Virus record (IMG/VR): IMGVR_UViG_3300002835_000001
Coordinates: 160,001 to 224,000 of that record
DNA: 64,000 bases
From: a virus
Taxonomy: Duplodnaviria > Caudoviricetes
Direction: 5' to 3' (one strand)
The translations under genes were made by a program, and so were the position numbers. Shown one piece after another: positions 10,974 to 21,713 of this stretch. The notes beneath the pieces were generated by a model. It was not told the DNA's origin. It saw nothing but the letters and a program-made list of their open reading frames with translations, and did not search any database. How positions within the stretch are numbered: position 1 is the first letter of the stretch; every line of letters begins with the position of its first letter.

Positions 10974-11027
10974 TCTCTTAATAAATAGAAAGCATGTGAT
11001 TTTCTACTATTATAAAGAAAAAACATT

Positions 11028-12860
11028 TTAGTATGTAGTCGTTCCTGAAGGTTTAGTTGCCACCCTTATATCACTATTTGGGAATCTGATTTGGAATATT
11101 TGATTTGACTGCATAAAGACCGTCGTATCAATTTGTTGTATTTCTTTAGTTGTTGTATCTATATATGATTGTGATACTTCAGATGATGAGTATTTACCAC
11201 CAATTTTATTAAATACCTTAATTCCCACTACGTTAACAACACCATAAATTGAACCAATTTCTCGAATTAAATCTCCCACAAATAATGGGTCACCCATTTT
11301 ACGTTTGTCAATGGCGAAGAACATTATTGATGTTTGAATTACTTGTTTAATAACGTCCGTTGGGTTTTCGTTTTTATTAATTACCAAATTAATATCTAAT
11401 CCTAAGTCAATAACTTGCCCATTTGCAACTTCAATATAATCATTAATCATTCTATATTCTGAAAGATAATTTAATATATTGTTTTTCAATGTATTAGATA
11501 TTACATCGGTTAGATTACCTTGGTCATCATAAGATAATAATTTTACTCTAACCTTATTATCTTCCTCCATTACATTAACTTTAGCGGGTGCTCCGTATGT
11601 GGATGGCATTGTCTCAATTAATGACTTATAATCATTTAATGTTACCGCTCTATTTTGTGCTGCAAAATTATAAGAAACCATGTTTCTAATTTCTTCGATT
11701 GTAGGTTGGTCTGCACCACCTACAGCTGCCGTTACATTATTAACTCTTAAAGATAATTCAACTTGTGAATTAATTGCGTTATTAGGACCATTTATGTTAA
11801 ATTCAACACTATCTACACTTGTAATGATATTAACCCCTAAATTCGAATCTTTACCCCCACCAATACGATATTTCACAAACAATGTGGTGTTTGCTTTAGG
11901 TATTGACCCTAATGACATATTGTTTAAATAATTAGCCAAGTTAACTTTTAATTGACCTGTCATGTAATTGTCTAAATTCTCTAGTGGGTCAACGGAACCA
12001 CTACCAAAAGTTAATGAAAAATAACTTTCAGGTGTATATTCTGTATAGAATTTACTATTAACTTGTAAGTAAGTTCCTGCCCTAAAATTGTCTTTATCGG
12101 ATACTGAAGTTGGGTCTTCTATGAATACTTTATCTTGTATTAACGACTTAACTTCGTACCATTTATTTGTTGATGCGTTAAATTCAGAAGCTGTTGGGTT
12201 GGTCCCAAAAGATGTTCCTTCTTTGTGTATCACTCCTACCACACCTAAAACATTTTGTTCAGGTAAGAAAAGTCTTAAAAAAGGTTTTTGGTCTAATTCA
12301 CTTATTACTCTTCGGTATATTCTTGTTACTCCATTAACCACAGGTTCTCTCTTTGTGATTGTATAAGAAACTAAAATATCATTACCATCGAAGTTTGGTA
12401 TTTTTAATCTATTTGGTTCTCCCTTATTGTTAAATGGACTTGAGAAATCGATATCATTAATTGTTTCAAATATTTGTCCTCCTCCTGAAACTTGAGCACC
12501 AATCCTTAATGTTCCCAAATATCTTTCATCTTCCTTATCACCTCTAACAGGTACATTTATTGAAAAATCACACAGCGCTACCGATGGTCTTGTTCCAGGA
12601 ATTTTTATACCATATGTTTTGGCAATATTAAATAATGATTGTCTTTGTTGTGCAAAATCCAACATAGTTTCTTGCCAAACCCTATCAATGTGAAAGTGTA
12701 AGTTATCTGCAACCGCAGCATTTAAATCTAATAAAACGGAGAATATTGACGCATCATTGGTATTTTTAACCAAATCAGGATAATATTCTTTTGTTAGATT
12801 TACTAATTCTTGTCTTAGTCCTGCAAAATCTCTAGTTGCGTATGATATTTTCTTAGCCAT
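11028..12860 (-). CDS. Baseplate wedge protein (T4 gp6/baseplate J-like)
   Basis: N-terminal RDFAGLRQEL; GGADQPTIEEIR and QNRAVTLNDY are typical of baseplate J/gp6; adjacent to gp25. Confidence 0.85.
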   Translation of the reverse strand: MAKKISYATRDFAGLRQELVNLTKEYYPDLVKNTNDASIFSVLLDLNAAVADNLHFHIDRVWQETMLDFAQQRQSLFNIAKTYGIKIPGTRPSVALCDFSINVPVRGDKEDERYLGTLRIGAQVSGGGQIFETINDIDFSSPFNNKGEPNRLKIPNFDGNDILVSYTITKREPVVNGVTRIYRRVISELDQKPFLRLFLPEQNVLGVVGVIHKEGTSFGTNPTASEFNASTNKWYEVKSLIQDKVFIEDPTSVSDKDNFRAGTYLQVNSKFYTEYTPESYFSLTFGSGSVDPLENLDNYMTGQLKVNLANYLNNMSLGSIPKANTTLFVKYRIGGGKDSNLGVNIITSVDSVEFNINGPNNAINSQVELSLRVNNVTAAVGGADQPTIEEIRNMVSYNFAAQNRAVTLNDYKSLIETMPSTYGAPAKVNVMEEDNKVRVKLLSYDDQGNLTDVISNTLKNNILNYLSEYRMINDYIEVANGQVIDLGLDINLVINKNENPTDVIKQVIQTSIMFFAIDKRKMGDPLFVGDLIREIGSIYGVVNVVGIKVFNKIGGKYSSSEVSQSYIDTTTKEIQQIDTTVFMQSNQIFQIRFPNSDIRVATKPSGTTTY

Positions 12861-12861
12861 T

Positions 12862-13314
12862 TTAAATGTTTAGTATTATAAAGTCCGAAGATGAAAATGC
12901 TCCGTTATTAACCGTATATTCAATTTTCACTACTGCGGTGTGTGGTTTAGTTGTATTGTCAGAAACCCTAAATAATCTCTCATCTTCATCTTGACTAAAT
13001 GTTCTAACAGTATCAGGGTCATCTTCTGCAGACATAACATCTAATTTTGTTATATCTAAATTTGGAATGTATTTTTTAACGGATTCTCTTATTTCATCTT
13101 CAATTAAATCGAATGTAACACTATCGTTTTGGTCAAAGATATATAGGTATAATCTTGAACCAAAATCGGGTAAGAAATAACGACTACCTCTTCTTGTCAA
13201 TAAAAGATGTATAAGATTCGCTCGTACTTCTCTTTCGGGTGTTGTTGTTAATTTAACATAATCACCCTTTAAACTATCTCTAAATGGGAAATCAATTCCA
13301 TATGTTATCGCCAT
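12862..13314 (-). CDS. Baseplate wedge/sheath initiator (T4 gp25-like)
   Basis: GIDFPF...LIHLLLTRRGSRYFLPDFGSRL...IRESVKKYIP matches the GPW/gp25 pattern. Confidence 0.9.
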   Translation of the reverse strand: MAITYGIDFPFRDSLKGDYVKLTTTPEREVRANLIHLLLTRRGSRYFLPDFGSRLYLYIFDQNDSVTFDLIEDEIRESVKKYIPNLDITKLDVMSAEDDPDTVRTFSQDEDERLFRVSDNTTKPHTAVVKIEYTVNNGAFSSSDFIILNI

Positions 13315-13351
13315 GATTATAAATATAAACTAATCTAAAATGGTAATAAAT

Positions 13352-13376
13352 AAAAAATCCAACCTAAGTTGGATTT
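13352..13376 (-). terminator. Rho-independent terminator after nrdA
   Basis: AAATCCAAC-ctaa-GTTGGATTT hairpin with a minus-strand U-tract. Confidence 0.75.
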
Positions 13377-13405
13377 AATATTGTTTTGACATTTAAACGT
13401 TATTT

Positions 13406-15847
13406 TTATGAACCACATCCCTCACAATCAAATGGTGAGTCTATTGGTCTTTCGATTGTCATTTGTAATTCTGGTGTATTTTCACTAATAATTGGATTAC
13501 TTTTTGGTGTAGTAGGATATACCGCAGTTTGTTGTCCTGTTGGTTGTTCCACCAATTTTGGTGTTGATGTATCGACACCTAATCCCTTTAACGCATCTAC
13601 CGCCGCTCTTGTTCTTAAGTAATACATACCCGTTTTTAATCCCAATTTCCAACCAAATAAGTGTGCCGCCAATAATTTAGGTTTAGTTGCGTTATCAATA
13701 AATAAATTTAATGATTGTGATTGGTCAATAAACACACTTCTATTTGCTGCCATTTGTAAAATTCTCTTTTGTGACATTTCCCAAACAGTCTTATAAATCT
13801 CTTTTAAATCTGTTGGTAATTCTGGAATATTTTGAACCGAACCATTTTCCATGATTAGTTTGTTTTTGATTCCTTCGTTCCACATTCCAAGATTTAATAA
13901 ATCTTTTACCAAATGTTTATTAATCATAACAAACTCACCACTTAATGTACGACGAGAATATAAATTAGTTGTAAATGGTTCAAACGCTTCATTGTTACCT
14001 AAAATCTGTGCGGTAGATGCTGTTGGCATCGGTGCCACCAATAATGAGTTTCTAACTCCAAATTTGATGACATCTTTTCTTAATGATTTCCAATCCCAAC
14101 GACCAGATAAATCAGAATCTACTTTATTCCACATTTGATATTGAAAGATTCCTTTTTCAATTGGGGAACCAACGATTGTTTCATATGCTCCGAATTCTTT
14201 AGCTAAATCTTTTGAGGACGTCATTGCCGCAAAATATATTGTTTCAAAAATATCAGTTTGTAGTGTATCTGCCTTATCAGATTCGAATGGTAAATGTAAC
14301 ATACATAATACATCCGCCAATCCTTGAATACCCAAACCAACAGGACGATGTCTGAAATTTGAACGTTTTGTTTCTTCAGTTGGATAAAAATTTAAATCGA
14401 TTACGTTGTTCAAGTTTTTTACAACTTGGTAGGTATATTCATATAACATATCGTGATTAAATTCACCGTTAACGATATACTTAGGTAATGCGATTGAAGC
14501 CAAATTACAAACAGCTTGTTCTGTTGGTGATGAGTATTCAATAATTTCGGTACATAAATTTGATGATTTAATCGTACCTAAATTCTTTTGATTTGATTTA
14601 TAATTGGCAGGATCTTTATATAACATATAAGGTGTTCCTGTTTCAATTTGTGCGGTTAAAATTGCATCCATTAATTTTCTTGCTTTAACCACTTTTCTAC
14701 CTAACCCTTGTTGTTCGTAAGATTCGTACAACATGGTAAATGTTTTTTCTTCAGGTGTATCGTAAGCATCAGATAATCCTGGCGCTTCATCAGGTGAGAA
14801 CAATGTCCAATCACCGTCTTCCTCAACACGTTTCATAAATAAATCTGGTGTCCACATTGCTAAAAACAAATCCCTTGCCCTCATTTCTTCTTTACCATGA
14901 TTCTTTCTTAAATCAATAAATTCATAAATGTCAGCGTGCCATGGTTCAAGATAAATAGCAAATGAACCCTTACGTTTACCACCTTGATTAATCCAACGAG
15001 CAACCTCATTATACGTCTTCATCATTGGTAACAGACCATCAGATTCTCCACCAGTTCCTTTAATATATGATCCCTTAGCACGAACATCGTGTACGTGTAA
15101 TCCAATACCACCAGCCCACTTAGAAATCTTTGCAACGTCAGAAATTGTATCAAACAATCCATCAATATCATCTCCTTTATTTCCAATTAAGAAACAAGAT
15201 GACATTTGTGCTCTTTTAGTACCAGCATTAAATAATGTGGGTGTTGCGTGTGTATAAAAATGTTGTGATAGGTCATCATAAATTCTTAACGCCATATTGA
15301 CGTCTCCTTTACAAATACCAACTGCAACTCTCATATAAAGATATTGAGGTCTTTCAACAATACGAGTACCAATTTTTAATAGATAAGAACGTTCTAAAGT
15401 TTTAATTCCAAAATAATCAAAATCTAAATCACGATCTTGATTGATAGCTCCATCTAAGATTTCTTTGTTTGCTAAAACAAATTGATATACATTATCATCA
15501 ATTAATGAAGATTCTTTACCTGTTTTTGGTTCAATAAAGGAATATAATTCTTTCATTGATTGTGAAAACTTTTTAGGTGTTGTTTTATGTAAATTAGAAA
15601 CAGCCAATCTTCCCGCCAGTTTTGCATAATCAGGATGTGTGGTAACCATGGCTGCTGCGGTCTCCGCAGCTAATACATCTAATTCAGTTGTTGAAATTCC
15701 ATCGTAAATCCCCGAAGTTACTTTTAGGGTAACAAACGTTGGGTCAATATATTCCATATTTAAATCATGACAAAGAACACTAATACGTTTAGTGATCTTG
15801 TCATATCTCATCTCCTCCAATTCACCATTTCTTTTTTTTACTTTCAT
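13406..15847 (-). CDS. nrdA: Ribonucleotide reductase class Ia alpha subunit
   Basis: ATP-cone (VKKRNG), SSCFL, SNLCTEI, VCNLASI, APMPTAST, KTGMYYLRT and C-terminal CEGC. No intein. Confidence 0.97.
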   Translation of the reverse strand: MKVKKRNGELEEMRYDKITKRISVLCHDLNMEYIDPTFVTLKVTSGIYDGISTTELDVLAAETAAAMVTTHPDYAKLAGRLAVSNLHKTTPKKFSQSMKELYSFIEPKTGKESSLIDDNVYQFVLANKEILDGAINQDRDLDFDYFGIKTLERSYLLKIGTRIVERPQYLYMRVAVGICKGDVNMALRIYDDLSQHFYTHATPTLFNAGTKRAQMSSCFLIGNKGDDIDGLFDTISDVAKISKWAGGIGLHVHDVRAKGSYIKGTGGESDGLLPMMKTYNEVARWINQGGKRKGSFAIYLEPWHADIYEFIDLRKNHGKEEMRARDLFLAMWTPDLFMKRVEEDGDWTLFSPDEAPGLSDAYDTPEEKTFTMLYESYEQQGLGRKVVKARKLMDAILTAQIETGTPYMLYKDPANYKSNQKNLGTIKSSNLCTEIIEYSSPTEQAVCNLASIALPKYIVNGEFNHDMLYEYTYQVVKNLNNVIDLNFYPTEETKRSNFRHRPVGLGIQGLADVLCMLHLPFESDKADTLQTDIFETIYFAAMTSSKDLAKEFGAYETIVGSPIEKGIFQYQMWNKVDSDLSGRWDWKSLRKDVIKFGVRNSLLVAPMPTASTAQILGNNEAFEPFTTNLYSRRTLSGEFVMINKHLVKDLLNLGMWNEGIKNKLIMENGSVQNIPELPTDLKEIYKTVWEMSQKRILQMAANRSVFIDQSQSLNLFIDNATKPKLLAAHLFGWKLGLKTGMYYLRTRAAVDALKGLGVDTSTPKLVEQPTGQQTAVYPTTPKSNPIISENTPELQMTIERPIDSPFDCEGCGS

Positions 15848-15867
15848 TTTATTAAGTCTTTTTTAAA

Positions 15868-16839
15868 TTAAAAATCCACATCACCAAACGCAGAATCTAA
15901 ATCTTCTGATACATTATTAACTCCCGCCTTTTGATATTCAGCGACTCTTTTTTCAAAGAAATTTGTTTTACCTTGTAATGCAATGTTCTGCATAAAATCA
16001 AACGGGTTTTCTGAATTATAAACCTTAGGTACACCTAATGCAACTAATAATCTGTCAGTTACAAATTCAAGGTATTGTGCCATTAAATCTGAATTCATAC
16101 CAATTAAACGTACAGGTAATGCTTCTAAAATAAATTCTTTTTCAATCTCTAAAGCTCCACAAATAATTTCTTTAATTCTCTCTTGTGAGATTTTATTTTG
16201 AATATGATTGTTATATAAATGACAAGCAAAATCGCAATGCATACCCTCGTCTCTTGAGATTAATTCATTTGAAAATGTTAATCCTGGCAATAAACCTCTT
16301 TTCTTTAACCAAAAAATTGAACAGAATGAACCTGAAAAGAAGATACCTTCAACTGCAGCAAATGCCAATAATCTATCAACAAAAGATTCAGAGCTAATCC
16401 ACTTAAGAGCCCAATCCGCTTTCTTTTTAATTGCCGGTATGGTTTCAATTGCATTAAATAATTTGTGTTGTTCTTCTTTATCTTTAACTAAGGTATCAAT
16501 TAACAATGAATACGTTTCACTATGGATATTTTCCATCATAATTTGAAAACCATAGAAAAATTTAGCTTCGGTATATTGAACTTCGTTAACAAAATTCATC
16601 GCTAAATTCTCATTAACAATACCATCAGAAGCTGCAAAAAATGCTAAAACGTGTTTAACAAAATGTTGTTCATCATCATTTAACTTATTCTCCCAATCAG
16701 ATACGTCTTGACCTAAATCAATTTCCTCTGCAGTCCAAAATGACGCCTCAGATTGTTTATAGAACTTCCATAAGTCATGGTGTTCGATTGGAAAAAGGAC
16801 AAACTTTCCTGGATTGTCTTGTAATATTTTTTCTGTCAT
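15868..16839 (-). CDS. nrdB: Ribonucleotide reductase class Ia beta subunit
   Basis: [38 protein letters not shown] and [10 protein letters not shown]. Confidence 0.97.
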   Translation of the reverse strand: MTEKILQDNPGKFVLFPIEHHDLWKFYKQSEASFWTAEEIDLGQDVSDWENKLNDDEQHFVKHVLAFFAASDGIVNENLAMNFVNEVQYTEAKFFYGFQIMMENIHSETYSLLIDTLVKDKEEQHKLFNAIETIPAIKKKADWALKWISSESFVDRLLAFAAVEGIFFSGSFCSIFWLKKRGLLPGLTFSNELISRDEGMHCDFACHLYNNHIQNKISQERIKEIICGALEIEKEFILEALPVRLIGMNSDLMAQYLEFVTDRLLVALGVPKVYNSENPFDFMQNIALQGKTNFFEKRVAEYQKAGVNNVSEDLDSAFGDVDF

Positions 16840-16848
16840 TTTTTTATT

Positions 16849-18222
16849 TTATTTAGTTGCTAATTCTTGTCTTCTTTTAAACGCTTCAGCCGCACGGTTA
16901 GCATTGATTTGTGTTTTTTGTTCCTCGTGACCTAATAAGGTATTTTGTGATTCTGTATCAATTTCCAAAAACTCATTGTTAAATTTACAATTTTGAAATA
17001 CGACACCATCTTTACCGATACGAGATTTAAGTAATGTTAAGGTTGCTAAGTTATGTTCTTTTTGTTCTAATGTTTTACCAATAGATAAAATAACGTGAGC
17101 AATTTGTGCCTTTTTAATTGATCCACCCATTTGGTCTCCTGTAACCACTTCACTAGAAATTGATTCTCTATTACCTTGTGTTGCCGTCCATATTGCCATT
17201 TCAAATTCACCCGTCATAGATTCTAAACTTCTCATTACTGAACCCTCACCTTTCCATTCATCACCATTAGTCGATTTATCCGATGAAATACAATCCACGT
17301 AATCTAAAACTAATAAATCAATTTTGGTTCCGTCTGAATTCATTTTTCTGATTTTGTTTTTAATTTCAGAAACGGTTACATTATCACTAGCCAATTTTAA
17401 TAATTTAATACTACCTTTTGAACGTTGTTGAGCCTCCTCGATTTTAATCTTAACTTCCTCAACATTATCAGGTTGTGAATCAGGTGCAATACCTGTCCAA
17501 ATCGTATAGTGTTTTCTTTTAATATTACCCGGATTATCCTCAAAAAATATTTGTACGACATTATAACCTAAGTTATATGCGGTATTTGCAAACTTTGTAA
17601 GTAAGGTAGTCTTACCAGTACCCGTAGGAGCTAATACAATACCCAATTCTCCTATTCCTAATCCACCTTTAAGTAAGTTGTCGATTCCAACAATACCTGT
17701 CGGTAATGGGTGTCTAAAGTCCTTCTCTAACGCCTCATCAATACCATGAAAAACATCGGTCGCGTCATCGTTTGAAATTCCAACTTGAAGTGCCTTTTGA
17801 ATAATTTGTTCAATCTTATTGTAAGATTCGAAATCCCCATTATCAATAATACTTTGTACTCCTTTTAATTCTTTTTTTAAGTTTTGTTGTTTACAAAAGT
17901 TAAGTGCCGTGTCTTTAACGTAATCAACTTGTTGTTCGTTGTTTTTAATTGCATCTAACGTATCTGCGTGTGATTTAGATGAGGTGTTATTACCACCTTC
18001 AGCCATAATTTTCTGTGCAATTGTGTTGTAATCGGGTATTTTATTATAATTTTTATATAACTCCTTCATGTTTTCCATGATGAATTTAAATGAGTTATTA
18101 TCAAAAAACTTACTATCTAATACGTCAATAATTGTTTCTCCATATTTTTTATCTTCAATAATCGCCTTCAATAAAGATTGTTGAAACGAAAATCCTAAAT
18201 GCCCAAAATTTCTCTCTTCCAT
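16849..18222 (-). CDS. Replicative DNA helicase (DnaB/T4 gp41-like)
   Basis: Walker A APTGTGKTT, Walker B LLVLDYVD, WTATQGNR and KSRIG. Confidence 0.9.
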   Translation of the reverse strand: MEERNFGHLGFSFQQSLLKAIIEDKKYGETIIDVLDSKFFDNNSFKFIMENMKELYKNYNKIPDYNTIAQKIMAEGGNNTSSKSHADTLDAIKNNEQQVDYVKDTALNFCKQQNLKKELKGVQSIIDNGDFESYNKIEQIIQKALQVGISNDDATDVFHGIDEALEKDFRHPLPTGIVGIDNLLKGGLGIGELGIVLAPTGTGKTTLLTKFANTAYNLGYNVVQIFFEDNPGNIKRKHYTIWTGIAPDSQPDNVEEVKIKIEEAQQRSKGSIKLLKLASDNVTVSEIKNKIRKMNSDGTKIDLLVLDYVDCISSDKSTNGDEWKGEGSVMRSLESMTGEFEMAIWTATQGNRESISSEVVTGDQMGGSIKKAQIAHVILSIGKTLEQKEHNLATLTLLKSRIGKDGVVFQNCKFNNEFLEIDTESQNTLLGHEEQKTQINANRAAEAFKRRQELATK

Positions 18223-18249
18223 GTGTTTATTTTATAATGTGTGTTTAAA

Positions 18250-18705
18250 TTACAATTGATAATTCAAGTATGTGGTTTCCAATTCTTCTGAAGACAGGAT
18301 GTCAGTTAAGTCTGACAAGATACGCTTCAAATTTGGACGGATATCGACAGTATACCTAACCTTTGGATGATAGTAATATGCTGGGAATATTCTTTGAATA
18401 AATACATCTTCATTCAATTTAATTTCCAATAAAAAGTGTTCTCTATCCTTCTCGGGAGCGTCTTCCACATAGTCCGAAGATAGGAAATAATTTTGATTTT
18501 CGCACAAATAATCAGAACTTTTTATTTTTAAATCTTCAGAAATATCCTCACAAATATTTCTTAGATAATAATGAAGGTCCATAGATCGTCTCGAATTTTC
18601 CACATGATCCTTTACATTAAAGAATCTTTGACAAATAATGTTTCCCTCTAATGTTAATAGGAATTCAAATTTTGTAATGTCCGGTTGTTGTTGGTAGTTA
18701 CTCAT
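18250..18705 (-). CDS. Hypothetical protein in replication operon
   Basis: 151-aa ORF overlapping the exonuclease stop; no motif recognised. Confidence 0.7.
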   Translation of the reverse strand: MSNYQQQPDITKFEFLLTLEGNIICQRFFNVKDHVENSRRSMDLHYYLRNICEDISEDLKIKSSDYLCENQNYFLSSDYVEDAPEKDREHFLLEIKLNEDVFIQRIFPAYYYHPKVRYTVDIRPNLKRILSDLTDILSSEELETTYLNYQL

Positions 18706-19720
18706 AACTTTTGATTTTAATTATTTTTTTTTTATTTTTTTCTTTTGTTGTTAATCGAAGGAATGGGTTTAAGAATTTAACAAATCCATCATCTGATTTT
18801 GGTAATAGATTAAAAATTCCATCGTCCCTCATCATTCTCATGGCGTTTTTGTAAGACCTACCTTCTTGATCTAAGTTTTCATTTATTAGTAAATCTATGT
18901 TTTCTTTAGCCTCGTCGGTTAAAAAAGGTTCTTCCAAACTTACGATACGATTGTTTATATCAAAAAACTCCTCACCTAATACACCATGTTTGGTAACACC
19001 TGTTAGTAAATTCGCAATAAGTTTGTTGTGTTTGTCTTGTTGAAAGATTTCCTCACATTTGTTCTTAACTTGTTCAACAGAAATTTGTTGTGTTTTTAGT
19101 TCGGGAAAAACCGATAAAAATCGTTTTACGCCCATCCCTCTTATGCCGGCAATGTTGTCTGAGGAGTCACCACACATCATCTTAACCAATTTAACATTTT
19201 CAATTAAGATTTCCTCGTGGTTATAAACAATTGTATCGTTTTGTTTGTAAAGTTTTCCGTGTGACGGATTGTAGATTTGTGTATTTTTTGAAACCAATTG
19301 TGTTAGGTCTCCGTCTGAAGAATAAACTATTTTATTTTCTTTGGGTGAATTCTGAGTATAGTATGCAATGTTGTCATCAGTCTCACAATACTCATATTCT
19401 CCCTGTCTTACGAATAACTCTTCAAGATATTGTTTTACTCTATCTCTTTGGTAACCGTAAGAGTTAACTTCTTCTTCAGAACGAAGTCGTGATCTTCTGT
19501 TTTCTTTGTAAGGTGCGTAAATTTTCTTACGAGTTTGGGACCCTTCTAATCCATCCCAAAATACAACTATCTTGTCTAAATTGTACGTCTCAAATGTTCT
19601 TCTAAGAGTATTAAGAAAATGATACATTCCCCCAATGTGTTCTCCATTATGAAAGGCATTTTTAACGCCATAGAAACCAATCGTAAGTAAATTGTCGCCA
19701 TCTACTAATAAAACAGACAT
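18698..19720 (-). CDS. 5'-3' exonuclease/flap endonuclease (T4 RNase H / PolA N-terminal-like)
   Basis: LLVDGDNL, ETDD, SDGDLTQL and GDSSDNIAGIRGMGVK (helix-hairpin-helix). Confidence 0.93.
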   Translation of the reverse strand: MSVLLVDGDNLLTIGFYGVKNAFHNGEHIGGMYHFLNTLRRTFETYNLDKIVVFWDGLEGSQTRKKIYAPYKENRRSRLRSEEEVNSYGYQRDRVKQYLEELFVRQGEYEYCETDDNIAYYTQNSPKENKIVYSSDGDLTQLVSKNTQIYNPSHGKLYKQNDTIVYNHEEILIENVKLVKMMCGDSSDNIAGIRGMGVKRFLSVFPELKTQQISVEQVKNKCEEIFQQDKHNKLIANLLTGVTKHGVLGEEFFDINNRIVSLEEPFLTDEAKENIDLLINENLDQEGRSYKNAMRMMRDDGIFNLLPKSDDGFVKFLNPFLRLTTKEKNKKKIIKIKSYE

Positions 19721-19732
19721 TAAATAAATTTA

Positions 19733-20713
19733 TTATAAATCACTTTCCTCTGTTACAACTTCCACGTCTGTGATGTCTGTAACATTAACACCTAACATCT
19801 TACCGATGTAATCACCCTGTTCTTTTTTATAATCCTCAATTGATTTCTTCTCTTCTGAATCTTCTTTTGCTGACATAAATCCGTGGGCGGTAACTAAGAT
19901 ACGTCCGTCTTCATAACCTGAACCATTGATATGATTTTTCATTATGGAAATTTTTGTTCTTGTTGCTATTTTAATTTTTCTCTTATCTTTTGTGATGGAG
20001 ATTTTAGTTGTACCCGCACCTTTTTGATTACCAAATAAGAATACAATACTTGAGTTTAACCAAATCGCTTCTCCACCTTTTGCTTTAATCTTAGGTTGTC
20101 CGAAAGGATTATCAGGTAATTCTACCCAAGGTTGGTTAACAATGATTAATGTGTTTGTGTAAGGTTTATCTGTCCTTCTTGACCCTGAAATACGTTGGTT
20201 GATACCCATTCCAATTTTGTCAGCTAATACCGACGCGTTGTGCTGTTTACCACCTTTACCATCGTAAGTCATTTTACAAGGGACTGAACCTACAGAATCC
20301 CAAAGGATTAATAAATCGTGAGGTAAGTCTCCCTTTTCTTGAGCATCTAATAATTCATTGATGTACTCAGTAATTTGTTCGATATACTCAAAATCACTAT
20401 TGAAAAGATAATCTCCGTTCTTATCAAATCCCATTAACTCCGCGTGTTCCCAACTCCATTTTTGTTCTGTAATAACGAACACAGGAACAACTCCTTTCTT
20501 TTGTGCATCTACCGCTGACTTTACAAGTGCGGTTGTTTTACCTGTATCACTGTGACCTAATAACATATTGATGTGTCCCATCGCTGGACCTGGAAGCCCT
20601 GTGGCGTCCAAGAAAGCATCTCCTAAATCGAAGAAACGGTCAGCCTTGTATTCAGCTTCTTTCGAGAATTTCTTCTTGATTGCTGAAAAATCTGTTTTTT
20701 TAATACCTGCCAT
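19733..20713 (-). CDS. uvsX: RecA/UvsX-like recombinase
   Basis: Walker A GHSDTGKTT, WDSVGS, IIVNQ and KAKGGEAI; adjacent to the SSB gene. Confidence 0.85.
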   Translation of the reverse strand: MAGIKKTDFSAIKKKFSKEAEYKADRFFDLGDAFLDATGLPGPAMGHINMLLGHSDTGKTTALVKSAVDAQKKGVVPVFVITEQKWSWEHAELMGFDKNGDYLFNSDFEYIEQITEYINELLDAQEKGDLPHDLLILWDSVGSVPCKMTYDGKGGKQHNASVLADKIGMGINQRISGSRRTDKPYTNTLIIVNQPWVELPDNPFGQPKIKAKGGEAIWLNSSIVFLFGNQKGAGTTKISITKDKRKIKIATRTKISIMKNHINGSGYEDGRILVTAHGFMSAKEDSEEKKSIEDYKKEQGDYIGKMLGVNVTDITDVEVVTEESDL

Positions 20714-20724
20714 TGTTTTGTGTT

Positions 20725-20753
20725 TAAAAATGGGGTGGATGTTTCACCACCCC
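20725..20753 (-). terminator. Intra-operon terminator/attenuator between SSB and UvsX
   Basis: GGGGTGG-atgtttca-CCACCCC hairpin followed by ATTTTT on the minus strand. Confidence 0.65.
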
Positions 20754-20762
20754 GTGAAATAA

Positions 20763-21608
20763 TTAGAATGGTAATTCTGAATCTACATCCTCATCTTCTT
20801 GTGGGTCAACCACAGGAGTTGATGGGGTTTTCGGTGTTGAAATTACTTCTTCCGATGTTGAATTGGATGCCCATTTGTTGCTGTTTGAATCCCAACGTGG
20901 AACCTCACCTTTAGCGACCATTTCTAAGTAATCCTCAGGTTTTTTAGAATAAACATCTGACCAAGTTAATTCGTTATCTACCCAAGTTTTTGCGACGTTT
21001 GCGTCTGTGTGTAACTGACCCGCGTCTTCAGGAATAACTGAATTGATGGTTGTGTATTCTTTACCTGTACCTGCCTTAGTTAAGGCTAAAGACAAGATTA
21101 AATCACGACCATTTTCAATATTGGTGATATCACCTTTGTTACGGAAAATTGGGAAGATTTTATCTAAAATACCATCACCTTTGTGATTGTGTTTAAATCT
21201 CCAAAATTTAGGTCCGTCTTGTTCGTTATCGCGATCGACAACTTTAACAATGTAGAACTTACGAGAACGATAATTACGAGCCAATTCTTTATCAGAATCA
21301 ACACCCGTCATCATCAAACCCTCATAAACTTCATGTAATGGGGAACGTTTTCCCTCTTGTTTTGGGTCATATAGTTTAACCCATTTTCCATCGACTTGAA
21401 CTTCGTGGAAGTAAACCTCAACAAATGGTGATGAACCATCTTTTGTTGGTAGAATACGAATACGTCTTTCTTCTCCCTTAGAACCCTTAGGTAATACTGT
21501 AGTGAAATAACGTTTCAATCTGTCCTCTGAGGACATTTTGTTTGCGGTGCCACTTGTGGCGTTTTTGCTTTTCTCGTACTGAGCGAGTACTGCATCAAAT
21601 GTTGACAT
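20763..21608 (-). CDS. Single-stranded DNA-binding protein (T4 gp32-like)
   Basis: RIRILP...PFVEVYFH, GRDLILS and acidic tail EDEDVDSELPF. Confidence 0.85.
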   Translation of the reverse strand: MSTFDAVLAQYEKSKNATSGTANKMSSEDRLKRYFTTVLPKGSKGEERRIRILPTKDGSSPFVEVYFHEVQVDGKWVKLYDPKQEGKRSPLHEVYEGLMMTGVDSDKELARNYRSRKFYIVKVVDRDNEQDGPKFWRFKHNHKGDGILDKIFPIFRNKGDITNIENGRDLILSLALTKAGTGKEYTTINSVIPEDAGQLHTDANVAKTWVDNELTWSDVYSKKPEDYLEMVAKGEVPRWDSNSNKWASNSTSEEVISTPKTPSTPVVDPQEDEDVDSELPF

Positions 21609-21653
21609 GTTGTTAAATTTTAATTATTTAAATTGTTATAGTAAAATATACAT

Positions 21654-21682
21654 AAAAAAACCCAGACTTGGAAATCTGGGTT
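21654..21682 (-). terminator. Rho-independent terminator ending the late structural operon
   Basis: AACCCAGA-cttggaaa-TCTGGGTT hairpin with T7 tail on the minus strand. Confidence 0.75.
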
Positions 21683-21713
21683 AAAGTTTTTTAATATTTT
21701 TTTTGGGTTTGTG

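Noticed and set aside
13406-18222. Introns, inteins or homing endonucleases in nrdA, nrdB, the helicase and (elsewhere) polB
   Set aside because: The genes are uninterrupted and of normal length; no LAGLIDADG, HNH, GIY-YIG or intein splice motifs were seen.
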